DNA from: Amoebidium appalachense
Lineage: Eukaryota; Protista; Ichthyosporea
Assembly (NCBI GenBank): GCA_963693365.1
Contig: CAVNZM010000004.1
Coordinates: 4,457,447 to 4,521,446, forward strand
Reading direction: 5' to 3'
Length of the DNA stretch: 64,000 bases
Part shown: positions 50,225 through 63,845 of the stretch, in pieces
How positions within the stretch are numbered: position 1 is the first letter of the stretch
Layout of the letters: each line of letters begins with the position of its first letter
Notes under the pieces: model-generated
What the model was told of the DNA's origin: nothing
Seen by the model: only the letters and a program-made list of their open reading frames with translations
The model's database searches: none
Translations under genes and position numbers: made by a program

Positions 50225-52096
50225 TTACAAAGTAATCGTGTTGTTAAGGTTTCCTGACCCGTCCCGCTCTTGCGGCTTGCTCTGATCAAGCAACCATTCG
50301 CCGTTCACAACAAACTTGTACTGGTATGTGCCGGGAGCAAGAGGCAGCGTGAGGTTGTGTCTGCGGCCGTCCGCTTGCATCTTATGACGTGTCTGCCAGC
50401 CGTCAAATGCTCCAACCAGATACACCTGTTGATTAACGGAGAAAGTGAGTACATAAGAGCATGGTGACGGAAGTTATGGCAATAATTTTTATCAACAACA
50501 AAACAAAAGGGTTTGAAGGTTGAAACCGTTGATTTATGCCTCCGGCACATACATACTATACATCAATGTCATTATACCAGTTACGTCCATGGAACCGAGC
50601 CTGCAGCATGGGCAGTATATAGGACAAAAAGGGCAGTATATAGGACAAAAAGCAAGTGATATCCACACGCTTCCATGCTTGAGCAGCACGCGGCACACAA
50701 TAAGGCGTATGAATATGCCACAGAACTCTGAACCGGAGAGCCCCGTCCAGGGGAGGATAGGGGGGAGGGCCGGGGGGAGGGGAGAGGGTGCGCGCGCACA
50801 TGTGTGTGTGTGTTTTGGGGGTGGGGAGGGGGGGAAACAAAAGCTCACCTCAGCACTCTCATCTGTGTCAAACTCGAACGTGTGCATAGCAGGCCCTGCG
50901 GGGGTTGCCGCAGTAACAGGGGTAGGTGCGGCCGCGATTGGCTCATAGGCCTTAACTACAGGTGTGTCGTGTGCCACCTCAGCGACTACCGGCTCAACCT
51001 TTGTTGGTTCCGCAGGGACATATGCAACGGGGTGAGGTACGGCAGCCGAAACCTCGGGAGCGGCTACTGGTGTGGCAGCTGCCTGAACCTCCACCTTTGA
51101 GTGTGCAGTGACTTCGGGGACCTGTGATGCTGCGACGGTGGGAACAGGATTGGGCTCGGCCTGTTTGGTGGACTCGGCGGCTTTGGCAACAGCGACGGTT
51201 GCACCGGATTCAGGCATGTCATCAACCTAAAAATATGGAACAAGAAAGAGGAGATCAGTGGACAAATCATGTGGTTATATATAGCATGTACAGAGCGAAA
51301 TAGAGTAGTATACACATGACAATGTTAGGGTTGTGCTCAATGGCACAGCAAAAAAAAGGCGAGGACGTCATTCTTTGGTAGCCTAGTAAATGGACAGGCA
51401 CTTGGATGCGTGTGTCATAAATAGACAGCCTAATTTTTGAAAATGAGCACCCTGAATATTGAAATGCTGTAAGCACAACCCGATGCAGTATGTCAGTGCA
51501 GCATGCGGGGAGGAGAGAGGTAGGGGCGGATGATGGGGGGGGACAGTGGGACTGCGGCAACTGGAGGGGGGGGGGGGGGGGGGGGTTCCGAAGAGGGGGG
51601 AGAGGGGGTGGGGGGGAGGGACAATCTCGGTGACAAAAAACCGCCTTCACTTCACCAAAGTCCTCTTGGAATGCGTGAATCTATCCACCCAAGACACCCT
51701 ATAGGATGCAACCGTCGCAGACTAATCACCGTGATTCCGGAGAGCTTGTGCAAGGCTAACAGGAACCAGCATATCCACATTCAATCGCAATCGTGCACGC
51801 ATGTTTGTTCCCATTGGCGCAACTAAACGTCCAGTACTTTTTAAGGTATAAAAATGTTATTAAGCCGGCATTCAACCTTTCAAACCAGAAAACTCACTGC
51901 TGTATGTACGGTTATGCATAAGTTGAAATGATATGTTGCTTGCAACTGCTCTGCACTGCAATTGTGTGGGGTGCACAGTGCACTGTACCTTGGTCTGAAC
52001 GGGTGCCACATCTGTTTTGACCTTCTGATCGGTCTTGTTTTTCTTACCGGATATTTTCAGCGACATCCGGCGCATAATCTCCTTCACCTTACCCAT
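50225..52096 (-). CDS. Glycogen-binding CBM48 (AMPK-beta-type CBM) protein with MG/basic N-terminus and Ala/Pro/Val/Glu-rich linker
   Basis: Exons 51989-52096 (MGKVKEIMRRMSLKISGKK...), 50849-51226 (...MHTFEFDTDESAE) and 50225-50425 (VYLVGAFDGW...LAPGTYQYKFVVNGEW...GNLNNTITL stop). All junctions are phase 0; GxFxxW, YKFxVxGxW and GNxNN motifs are present. Confidence 0.9.
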
Positions 52097-52099
52097 TTT

Positions 52100-53274
52100 T
52101 GCGAGCTACCAAATAAACTACACAAACTAAGTAACTTTGTTACGCAGTGAAACGTTACAACAACTAGCATGTAATCCTGAGCGAGACGTTGGTCAAAGTC
52201 AACTTTGGATTTTATGGAGTCATGAGTACCGGTCAATGGAATCTAAGGGCCTTTTCGGAAGCATGACTATGTCACTATGTCTCAAGGCAAATGACAGTAG
52301 CGTTATTTAAACATCCGATTGGGTACATAAAATTACTTAAAACTTTAAGTTTGAAGAGATCTATTGAGCTCTAGAGCCCTCGTGATATCTAGAGTTTGTT
52401 ATTCATGTATTCTCTCCAGGCTTTTTAGCTTCCTTGCGTTTTTATAGATAGCCATTTTACTTCTATTACGTGAGCAGACAAATAAAATCATACAAATTCA
52501 TTAGAGCTTTTCTCTATTTACTGATACATATCCAGGGATATTTTAAATTTGCTATATGTCACCCCGGCATTTGCACTCTTCGCATAAAAACGCACCCTGT
52601 AGCTGATTTCAAATACAGAACAAAGTAAATGAGTCATTATTGAAAAGTCCAAATATCTACAACACAATTATGTATATGTGCGTGTAAAGTTGCAACTCTT
52701 GCAAGCTACTGGAAATGTTGCAACTTTTCAACAGCTGATATGAGAAATATTCTTGATATTGCCAAAATGGAGTCCCGGACATGCCTAGATGTCCTACACG
52801 TCAAGCTGTTGGATGCATATCATAGTGGAATGTTGCCTGTTTTTAGAATTCACGTGATTGGTTCAACAAGCCGTTCATCAGTAGCCTTAACGCGAAATGA
52901 TTGGCGGTCGACCTGGAATCTCCCAAACAGCACGTGAATGGAGCCATAAGTGATTTCGAGGTATATGTTTGTCTATCATATCCAAATTCCGAGTCTTCAC
53001 ACAGATTCAAAAGCTGTTATGAACTATATTTGACTGTATACTAATTCATTTATCTAAGGAAAATACTCCATTTTTCTCTATTGGCGACGGCTGCATCCTT
53101 GGACACGGATGGGCCACGCCAGTTTTTATTGAGATACCTAATCGAGATTACGTTACCCACGATGCGCGCTCATCCAATTGTCACCGTTGAGCTCACAAAA
53201 TGAAACATCAACATTGATGTTGCCGTTTACAACGCGTTACTAACACGTACTGACATGTTGCCGCACGTGCGACG

Positions 53275-53305
<31 letters not shown>

Positions 53306-53400
53306 AAAAGAAAAAGAAAAGAAAAGAAAAGGAAAAAGGAGACACCGCCTCAGTAGGTGGTAGAACGCGTTACCACTCGGCGGCTGAAATTTTCACGTGT
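52100..53400. promoter_or_regulatory. Putative bidirectional promoter between the CBM48 gene and TATDN3
   Basis: Largely microsatellite-free divergent interval; ATTGG at ~52318, 52857, 52899 and 53080; 11-bp inverted repeat at 52686-52727; strong donor G|GTAAGG at ~53411 suggests a 5'UTR intron. Confidence 0.45.
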
Positions 53401-53806
53401 TTACGTTTACGGTAAGGTGCCATCATTCACCTCGCGTATCTCCTCGCGTAAGTCACATGTTGGTGGGTGCTGAAGTGTAGTGACCGGGCTGTGTTTTGTT
53501 GGTGTGGTTGGTTACTATGGCAAACTGGCTTTGGAAGCTTGGACACACGGAGCAACATTGCTGTGGTTTGTGCAAGCCCGTGCTTTATCCATCTTTGACA
53601 AGCTTTTGTTAATCGGCATGGCTTTCCTTGCGAACGAAGCTTTGTTCTGAGATGTACTTGACGAAAACAAAAAGTGCTCAATGAATTCGCGCGTACGAAA
53701 GTAGTAGGTCCCCCCCCCCCCCCCCCCCCCTCTCTACCTACTTTCCCACCCCCTTCAGCCATCCCAACTGCAGTCCTCACAGCCCCTTCTCCCCCGCTCT
53801 GCCGCT

Positions 53807-53841
<35 letters not shown>

Positions 53842-54449
53842 TTTCGGGGACAAACGCACACACACACACACCACTCCGCGCCCCCCTCTTTTTCCTAGCC
53901 TTTTCCTTCCCTTACTCCTTTTCCTAAAAAGTACAGTCACAACAAAAAAAATGCACAGACGGGAGGAGTGTAGTGATAAGTGTATTAGGAAAAGCTAGTG
54001 ATCCAGAGAAATGAGCATACGAGCTCTGTAGGGAACGGTCAGGCCCGGATGGATTGAAACACCCGCGCACACACGCACACGGATACACACACACGCACAC
54101 GAACACACGCACACACACGCACGTGCACACACACACACACACACACAGACACGTACGCAAGCACATGCGCAAACAGACAAATACACATGTGCGTACACGG
54201 ACACACACACACGAATGGGCATGAGACTGCCGTCCGCCTTATGTTTTTGTCTCTTTAGTCTTTTTCTTTAGATTTTCTTTTTGTCTGCCCCTTTCTCCCT
54301 CTCCGTCTCTCCCTTCCTCCCTCCCTCCCTCCCTCCCTCCCTCCCTCCCTCCCTCCCTCCCTCCCTCCCTCCCTCCCTAGCTCCCTCCCTCCCTCTCTAC
54401 CCCCACCCACCCTCCAACCCCATCCACCCTCCATCCCCACCCACCCTCC

Positions 54450-54490
<41 letters not shown>

Positions 54491-54898
54491 CCCCCCCCCC
54501 CCTCCCCCTCTCCCTCTCCCTCCCTCCCTCTCTCTCCCTCTCCCTCTCTCCCCTTTCCTCCCCCGAGGCTGCCTCATTCTTCTATGCTCTGAAGCCCCCC
54601 CCCTCCCCCCCCCCTCCCCCAAGCCCTCCACTCCCGGCCCTCCTCCCTCCCCCCCCCCCCCCCCCCCCCCCCCGCCCCCCCTTCCCCCCGGAGTCGAGTC
54701 CCATTTACTCGTGGAACCCCCTTCGCCCTTTCCGCCTACATATCTCCACCTCTTGTGTCCCTTCCCCCCCTCCATTCTTTCCCCTCACTCTCTCCCCTCC
54801 AGCCCTCCCCTTCCCCCCCTCTCCTCCCGCCCCTCCCACCCCCCAAAATCACAACCACCACAAACACATACACACACAAACACACACACTCACACTCA

Positions 54899-54949
<51 letters not shown>

Positions 54950-56073
54950 ACACACACACTCAGACACACACACAGAGAGAGAGAGAGAAAGCCGGAGGGT
55001 GTGAGGTTTGTGTGTTTGGGGTGGGTGGGTGGGGGGGGAGGGGGGGGGGGGGGGGGTGAGACCAAGAGGAAAGGGGGGCTTTGTTATCTTGCACGCTATC
55101 CTGGGGTTGATATAGTTTTCTACAGCCAAAGTCTTCGCTGCAGCCCGTCTCCAGAACAGTTAGACTCAGGCTCTTGCCTTCTTTTGAACTTAAAATGCCA
55201 CATTAGATAGGTTCATATATATCCATGAATATATGCATAATTCCTGGCCCCTTCCCCTCCCCGCCCTAGCCCCTTTCCCCATGCCCTATACCCACCTGCG
55301 ATCCCCCCACCCCACTTTTTCATCTTTCACCCCCCTTGCCTTGCCCTACCCACCGCCAGCCCCCTTCCCCCCCCACCTCCCACCCCCCACCCACCCAGCC
55401 ACCCAGCTCCCGCCGCCCCACAGGCATCTCCTCCCCCCCTCCCCCCCCCCCCCCCCCCCCCTCCCCCTGAAAAGGGGATTCTGCAAGTGCTTTTCAGAAG
55501 TGAAGATGGTGGTCTTGGTTGACATACCAGCAAGAAATTAATGGAGGTATGATATGGTGAGGGGAAGAAGGTGTAGGGCAGTTCGGCTTAATGGCCGGAA
55601 AATGGTTTTGACCCCCCCCCCCCCCCGGGGGGGGGAGGGGGATGGGGGCTTGTCTCGAGCTGCGTCTTGACAACTTCTTCACGCTTGCGTTTTTTACTTC
55701 CCCTCCTCCCATTGCCCCTCTTCCCTAATACTTTTCCTCGATGGTTTGCCCCCCTTCATCTACTCACTCATGCTTTCTTCCACCCCTTACCGCTCTTCGC
55801 GTGTACTTTGTGCTTAATTATGTACTTCAAACTGCCACCGCCCTTCAAAACCTTTGCCCTTCACTTATACTTTCCCTCCCCCTGCACAGGGAAGCTGCAG
55901 CACGCCACATGTTGACCACCTGTCGCCTAATTCGCGATACCTCTATGATACCACCCCCACTCTTCTAGTATCCAGCCTAGGAAAAAAATTTTGAGCGGGT
56001 TTTGGATAGTCCTTTAAGCTATCAACTACTAGTTTCACGTAAAACAATAAACTTTAAAATATCACAAACGAAA

Positions 56074-56652
56074 ATGACCGACACGGTTGTCACACCCACA
56101 TACTATGACGTCCACGCACACCTCGCCGACAACCTATTCTCGGGCGATCTTTCAGACGTTCTCTCCAAGGCAAGAGCAGACGGTGTACTTGGAGTGCTGG
56201 CCGTGAGCGAAAATTTGGAAGAGGCGGAAAGGATTTTAGAACTCTCCCGTTCGAATCCGGGCTTTGTGGGGGCGTGCGCGGGGATGCATCCAGAAAAAGC
56301 GTCGATGGAGAGTCTGCCAGCCATGCTGCGGTTTATTCGCGATAACAAGGACAGTTTGACGGCTGTTGGTGAGGTGGGTCTTGTTTTTTCATGATCAAAA
56401 CGGTTTTGTCTGCCCCCCCCCCCCCCTCCCCCCCCCCTCCCCCCGCGCACCCTCGTAACTCGTTCTGTGTGTTTGATGTGGCTGTCCGTCGTGAATGTGT
56501 ACGTCGTACTTTGTAGCCTCCCCCCCCCCCCCCCCCCCCCCCAAACACACACGTAATCTGCACATGCACATACACACCCTCTCTCTCTCTTTCTCTCTCT
56601 CGTGTGCTCACACACACACACACACGCGCGCGCGCGCATACACACACACACT

Positions 56653-56685
<33 letters not shown>

Positions 56686-57758
56686 ACTCACTCTCACACT
56701 CACACTCGCACCACACGTACACACATGCATTCACTTTTGCACAATCAATGACTTACCCACGTGCTCACACCCCAACTCACTCACCCTGCCCCACTCTCCC
56801 CTTCCCCCCCCCCCCCTCCCCCCCCCCCCCCCCCCCTCCCTCCCACCTCTCAGCCGGCCTCTTGTTCCTCCATCTATCTTGGGAGCTCCCCTCTTGTCCT
56901 TCAAGCCACCGTTATATCGTTAAACACTTTGCTCCTTCCCCATTATATACCATTTCGTATGTCAACCCTATCATCCCCCCCCCCCCCCCCCCCCCCCTCA
57001 ACAACACACACAAATACACACACACACACACACACCACCACCACCACCCACCCACTAGCCCACCCCCCACCCACCCACCCATCCACCACACCTGGCCTCC
57101 TGTTCCGCTCCCTTACCCCTCCTTCTTGTCTCTTCTTACAGACCTCCTCCCTCTCCTCTACTTCCTCCAGTCTCCCGCCTTACTTCTTCGCTCCTCCTTC
57201 CTCCCTTGCGCCACTAGAAGTATTTTTGCCATTTTACGGCAATGGATTTTTTCAACTTCTTCTTTCCCCCCCCCCTCCCCCAATAATAATAATAATAATA
57301 AGAATAAGAATAAGAATAAGAATAAGAATAAGAATAAGAATAATAAATAAAAAATAAAAAATTACAAATAAAACCAATATAAAAACATTATACAAAAAAT
57401 AATTTAAAATCTTAACATACCCATTACCTCCACAGGTGGGTTTGGACTATAGCCCGCACATTCTCGGGAGTAGCGATCCTGAGGGGGTTAAGGCAGTGCA
57501 GCGTGAATGCCTAATTAGGCAAGCAGAGCTGGCACGTGACCTGGGCCTACCCCTTAACCTGCACAGCAGATCGGCGGGACATCACGTGATACAGGTGCTA
57601 AAGGAGTTGCAGGTGGGTGGGTGGGCGAGTGGGTAGTGGGGGGGGTGGGCGGGTGGGCGTGTGGGCGGGTGGGGGGGGTGGGTGGGTGGGTGGGTGGGTG
57701 GATGGGTGGGGTGGTGGGGGTGCGGGTGGGTGGGTGAGTGGTTGGGTTGGGAGGGAGG

Positions 57759-57789
<31 letters not shown>

Positions 57790-57940
57790 GGGGCGCAGAT
57801 GTCCGTGTGGGGTGTTTGGGGGGGGGGGGGGGGGTGGTATTTTGTGAATGTGAGAGGGGAGAAGGGGTTAGTGCGTGGGTGAACGTGGGTGGCCGCATGG
57901 GTGCATTTGTGTGGGGAGGTTGTTTTTTTTTTTTTTTTTT

Positions 57941-57984
<44 letters not shown>

Positions 57985-58305
57985 GTGGTTAATGAGTACT
58001 GGGAAAGGAAACGTAAGGGAAGAGAAACTGGGTGGTTGACCGAAAGATGCCTGTGTATTGGTTGGCTCGGAGTTTCTAAAGGTACCCAGGGGCACTTGCA
58101 CACACACACACGGCCATCCACATACCAACGTGCACGCACATGCGCTATACAAAACGGTACTCGAGAACATGTACACGCATGCGAACATTCACCACACATC
58201 CTGTAATGACCATGTCCTGGTGACCCCCATATACATATATCCCTACACCACGGACACACACCAAGAAATTTATCCATCCTCCCTCACCCCCCTCCCCCCC
58301 CCCCC

Positions 58306-58336
<31 letters not shown>

Positions 58337-58356
58337 ACACCGTGGCACACATACAG

Positions 58357-58418
<62 letters not shown>

Positions 58419-58491
58419 CCCCCACCAAGCACGCACACACGTGTGCACACACACACACTCCCCCCCCTCCCCCTCCCCCCCCCCCCCCCCG

Positions 58492-58534
<43 letters not shown>

Positions 58535-58856
58535 GATCAAGGACGCAGTTCTTCACGCATTCGACGGCAAGCCACACTATGCAGAGGACGGAGCAAAACA
58601 CGGCTACTACTTCTCCGTTCCGCCGTCAATCGTCCGATCCCCCAAAAAACAGAAAATGGTTAAGCGTCTACCAATAGAATCCCTCCTTTTGGAAACCGAT
58701 TCGCCCGTTTTGGGCCCGGAGAAGGACGTGAGGAACGAGCCGTGTAACGTTGCTGTGGCGTGCAGGGCGATTGCTGAGATAAAGGGCATGAAAGTTGAGG
58801 ATGTAGCGCGGATTACGAGCGAAAATACACATAAACTGTTTAGGAAGTTGCGCTAG
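56074..58856 (+). CDS. TATDN3: TatD family DNase, TATDN3-like, catalytic motifs intact
   Basis: Exons 56074-56373 (DVHAHL...GMHPE...AVGE), 57436-57612 (VGLDY...LNLHSRSAG) and 58536-58856 (VLHAFDG...[10 protein letters not shown]...[19 protein letters not shown]). HSRSAG, HAFDG and ETDSP.LGPEK are characteristic of TATDN3. Confidence 0.95.
57282..57350. repeat. (AAT)n followed by (AATAAG)n microsatellite
   Basis: Directly visible in TATDN3 intron 1. Confidence 0.9.
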
Positions 58857-59294
58857 AAGGGGCTGGGGTTGATTAAGGATTCCTAAGAACCGTAAATAAA
58901 TTGTGGTTTACCCTGCAAAAATGCGCGAATTTCGTGTAAGAACGGGTGAAAATGCTCGGAGAATCGGTTATGCTTTGTTTCTTAGTGTGCTGTACAGATT
59001 GACTGTCTGGTGGTACCATTTCGAGACTCGTAGTCTATATAAATGCGATACATGCCTTGATCGAATGGTGTGTAGGTGGTCGCAGACAGCATGAATTCAG
59101 TGACCCGATGAATCTGCCTAATGAATGTGCAGACGGCCTAGCACGATGCATGTCTGTTTTGTCCCCTCGGCAGAACTCATTCCACACATTACTCCCTCTC
59201 CCTAACACCTACCCCCTCCGGCCATGGCCTAACCTCCATTCTCCCCCCCTCCCCCCCTTCCCCCCCTCCCCCCCCCCCCCCCCCAAACCCTCCC

Positions 59295-59336
<42 letters not shown>

Positions 59337-59513
59337 CGGGGCCCAGGGGGAATTCAATGCATGGCTTTCGATCTGTGCTCACTACACAATTGCCACATCA
59401 TAATCGGAAACTATGATAGTGAAACATCTTCTGGCCAATATACATACGTGGATGTGTACTCATGCACACACACTGCACACGCACAGGCGCACGCACGTGC
59501 GCGCACACACACA

Positions 59514-59566
<53 letters not shown>

Positions 59567-59874
59567 CACACACTAACACCTCCACCAGCTACCTCCACCG
59601 CCGCCGCAAAGGAACTTTTGGGAGGAAAATGGAAACATCCTCATTGGACACCACTTTGCTTGTGCTTTTCTCAAGTCAACCGCTTAGTCATCCTTCCCTC
59701 CCCGTGCCCGGCCGGGGCCTTCCTCGGCCTCCCCCATATCTCTCTCTCTCTTCCCCTCCCCCCCCCCCCCCCCCCCCCCTCCCTCCCTCCCTCCCCGAGT
59801 CCCTCCGCCCTCCAAAACCCCACCCCGCGTCGCCCCCCCTCCCCCCCCCCCCCCCTCCCCCCCTCCCCCCCCCC

Positions 59875-59921
<47 letters not shown>

Positions 59922-60287
59922 AAAAAAAAAAGACAGACACAGTGGACCCCACCGCACCGTGTGGGGCTTTGGAGTTCTTTTCGATAGCATTTAGTCTGCA
60001 CTTTGATCTTTTTGGTGGGTGCATACTGAGGCCCAAACCGTTAAGTCTTCCCAACAGAACGAGATGCTCATAATAACTGTGGTGCGGATTGAGTTCCCGT
60101 GTACCTCCTCCATTCCTTTACCATTTTTGAAAAAAAAACAAAACAAAAAAAAAAAAACAAGGGGAAAGAAAGATAGGAGAAAGAAGAAAGGAAAATGCTA
60201 ATAAGGAGATTAAGGACCAGGCCAAGAAACTGGACAAAAGAGGATGCCCATTGGCGGCGGCGAGCGCGTGGGTGGGCGGGCGGTCGT

Positions 60288-60351
<64 letters not shown>

Positions 60352-60593
60352 AAGGGAAAGTCTTCAAGAAAGAAAGAAAAGAAATGACAGGAGCATTGGG
60401 AGGGAGGTGACCAAAGCAAAGGGGTTTGGAAGAAAGCCTTCGGGATGAAAAACGCTCTAAAGGAGATTGAACAGAAGAAGAAATGGGGAACGAATTTATC
60501 AAGGGGATCAACCAGGAAATGAAAGCGAAGAAGAAAAGGAAGAAAGAAAACTCTATGGGAAAGAATTCGAAAGATAGCGAGGGGGGGGGAGAA

Positions 60594-60628
<35 letters not shown>

Positions 60629-60881
60629 GGATTTCACAAGGGGACACGCCCGCGGCCCCGTGCGCCCGCACACACACACACGCACACGCACGTGTACACA
60701 CACATACACACACACACGCACACACACACACACGCACGCACACACACACACACACAGAAGACACACACACACCAACACGACAAATACACACACAGATAAG
60801 ATAGAGGCGAACACACACCCCCAGGCTCAGATTGCCACACCGTGGACACACGTGCGCATGCGCGGGCAAGCTTGCGCACAG

Positions 60882-60952
<71 letters not shown>

Positions 60953-60964
60953 GACCAACCTCTA

Positions 60965-61200
60965 GAACTCCCAATATGTTGATTGGCTGGATCTAGATTT
61001 TAGAGATGCCAAAACCATTGTTCATTGGTAGATATCCAAAGTCAATTACCATTGGTTTGTTATAAACCAATCATCACGTCTAAGCCAAATATGGCTATTT
61101 ATTCTGGATTTGTATTAGTGGTGACAAACAACCAATCTAATTGGTGGTAGTCCATTAGATTCAAACGTTTCGAGGGTATACGGCAGACACTCCCAGTTGC
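60965..61200. promoter_or_regulatory. Dense CCAAT-box cluster upstream of the hydrolase gene
   Basis: CCAAT/ATTGG at ~60971, 60982, 61025, 61051, 61067, 61132 and 61140, in both orientations. Confidence 0.55.
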
Positions 61201-61490
61201 AAAGAGGTCACAGAACACCAAAGTAGAAGGTGTATATAACTAGCAATAGAACATTATGGATGCATAAAGTCAAGAAGCATCTTTCATATTTAACTAATGG
61301 CTGTCGTTTTGAGCCCTCGTAGTTTGTATGACATGAAAGTGTAACTTCGAATTCATCTCATCATACATGTTTACAACTTAGTGGAATTACAACCAGTGAA
61401 AATCTTTCTCGGTCCCTCGGCTCACACACAACTAAGTGTAGTAGGCCTAGCTAGCTACTGTGGTCACAATGGCTGACTTCAGTTCCAAAG

Positions 61491-62928
61491 GTGGCGCCGC
61501 GCAAAACAGCGTCGACGCCACAACAGACACTCGCAAACCCTCTCTCCGACCGCCTCACACGTGCAACAGTACAAAATCTTTTGGACGGGGCACACTCGCG
61601 CAAATCTTCCATCGCCGAATTCATCGACGAAAACGTGAAAGCAGAACCATCACTCGAAGACAGAATTCACGAACTTAAGTGCATGGAGGAAAAAGAGGAC
61701 TATAAAGGGGTTATAGAAGGCTTGCGCAAGTTGGTGTCACAAGACAGAGCCGTGCTTGAAAATCAGTGGGTGAAAGCGTGGATGGGGAGGCGGTGGCGTA
61801 ATATTTTCATCCGCGAAGCGTGCACAGACGGTTACGCTCTCTCTGGTTGCCGTCCCCATGGGTACGGTCAGATTGCCTCCGTAATTGCTGGCATTGCATT
61901 CTATCTATGGTACCACTACGGAGCAGAGTCAGGGACACTAGCGTCTTCTGTTTTCTATGTCGCCCTTTTCGCGATTTCTTTTTACGCAAAACGCGATCTC
62001 AGCTATGAGGAAGAGCGCAAACCCGCACGCGCCATCGCTGAAACGTATCTACGCATGAGCGGACCCAACGAGTGGATCTACGTTACCGGTGGCAATGGGG
62101 TTAAACCCATGCCTGCACCCGTTTTTCCCGAAAAAATCGACATGGGGGTACTGTTTGCACCTGGTCTCATCAATGGCTATCTGCCTGTGCGTGAGTTTGT
62201 CACAGCGATGCCCATGATTGAGAGGAGGTTTCCCGGGGTGAAGGTGCTGCGCGCTGATGTGCACCCAATGAGGAGCTGCGAGGATAATGTGGAGGTGGGT
62301 GCACTAAGATCCCCCCCCCCCCCCCCCCCCCCCCCCCCACCTTCCCCTAGCAATGCTCCCTTCCCCTCTCCTTCTCTTCCCCACAGAAAACACGTTCATT
62401 AATTGAGCTGAGTCGCTCTTTGTTCAGTTAATCCCCCCCCCCCCCCCCCCGGTCCCCCCTCCTCTCCCCTATTATACCAATGCAGCATATGCATCCCCCC
62501 CCCCCCCCCCCCCCCCCCCTCCCACCCCCCTCCCACCCCCCTCCCCGTACACTCCCCTCTCCCCACCCACCCACACACACACACACACACGTGTCTGCCG
62601 CTCCGTGCTGCACACCGGCAGCCCCTCTTGTCACCTGCTTTCTGTTCGTTACTTGAATTGTTGTGTTTCGTCGATTATACTCTCATTTTTCTAGAATTCC
62701 CTTCCATGCGTTTCTGAGGTAACACCGTTCTGTATGTACCTACAAACCCCAACACTTGAGAAACCCCTACCCCCCCCCCCCTCCCCCCCCCCCCTTCTTT
62801 CCCCCCTGGTCGGGTCCTTACCTCACATGTATCTCTCCGCTTTACAATTGTGTAACTACGGATGTTCACATAGACATATTCCGGCTAAGCCTAAAGTAAA
62901 GAATTCATCTATCATCCCATCACCCCCT

Positions 62929-62969
<41 letters not shown>

Positions 62970-63331
62970 CCCCGCCCTTCTCCCCATTGGGTATGCAAAA
63001 ACCTTTGCTTTTGCTTTTGCACCCGTGCTAAGAATGGGTGACCTATATACTCGCCCAACGGTCCCTATGATCCCCCCCCCCCGCCCCCCCCCCCCCCCCC
63101 CCCCACCCCCACCCCCCCCCCCACCCCCCCCCCCAAAAAATAAAAATAAATCTAACCCATTAACCCACCCACACACGTGCGCACGCAGGCACCCTTACGG
63201 TACGCACGCACACACGCATGCATGCACACACACATGCACGCACACACACACACACCAATATTTTGATTTATGTTTGTTCTTTTGTTTTTGTTTCTGTCTC
63301 CCTCTTTTTTTTGACGGCGCGCGCGCCCGCG

Positions 63332-63362
<31 letters not shown>

Positions 63363-63368
63363 GCGCGC

Positions 63369-63405
<37 letters not shown>

Positions 63406-63425
63406 CCGTCGCACGTACGCACGCA

Positions 63426-63457
<32 letters not shown>

Positions 63458-63845
63458 CACACACACACAAAAAAAAAAAAAAAAGAATTTAAAAAGAAAG
63501 AAAAAAAAGGGGAAAAACGTAATAACGGGGCATAATAACTTATATAAAACCACACAGGACATCCGTAATGCAGTAAACAAAGGAATCGGCCGCGATCCAA
63601 ACAGTCAACTCACCCAAGAGGGCTACCCCTTCCCCGAAAAATTCATCGCGATCGGATTTTCAAAGGGGGCACCGGACCTTTTGACTGCATGCGTTGAAGA
63701 CCCCGAGATCAGAAAACGGTGCAAGGCGCTGTACACGTGGGCCGGATGCATAGGGGGGTCCTATATGGCGGATGAGGCTTACGAGACGAAATTCAAGGGG
63801 TTCAATAGCAATGTGTTCAAGAGGATTGATGGCTGGTTAGCTAAG
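61491..63845 (+). CDS. Membrane-anchored alpha/beta hydrolase (lipase-like, GFSKG); partial, continues beyond the window
   Basis: Long exon ~61455-62294 with two hydrophobic helices ([16 protein letters not shown]; [14 protein letters not shown]) and VLFAPGL...[14 protein letters not shown]. It splices in phase 0 to 63558-63845 (...[14 protein letters not shown]...[15 protein letters not shown]), a GxSxG nucleophile elbow. The true start codon is unresolved. Confidence 0.8.

Noticed and set aside
50225-52096. AMPK/SNF1 beta subunit
   Set aside because: The stop codon follows the CBM directly; the C-terminal alpha/gamma-binding domain is absent.
52686-52727. Inverted repeat AAAGTTGCAAC...GTTGCAACTTT as a MITE or terminator
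   Set aside because: Only 11-bp arms, a single occurrence, and no target duplication; at most a transcription-factor site.
56374-57445. Target-site duplication at TATDN3 intron 1 (GTGGGTCTTG vs GTGGGTTTGG) suggesting an introner
   Set aside because: Short match that overlaps the donor consensus; not seen at other introns and no inverted termini.
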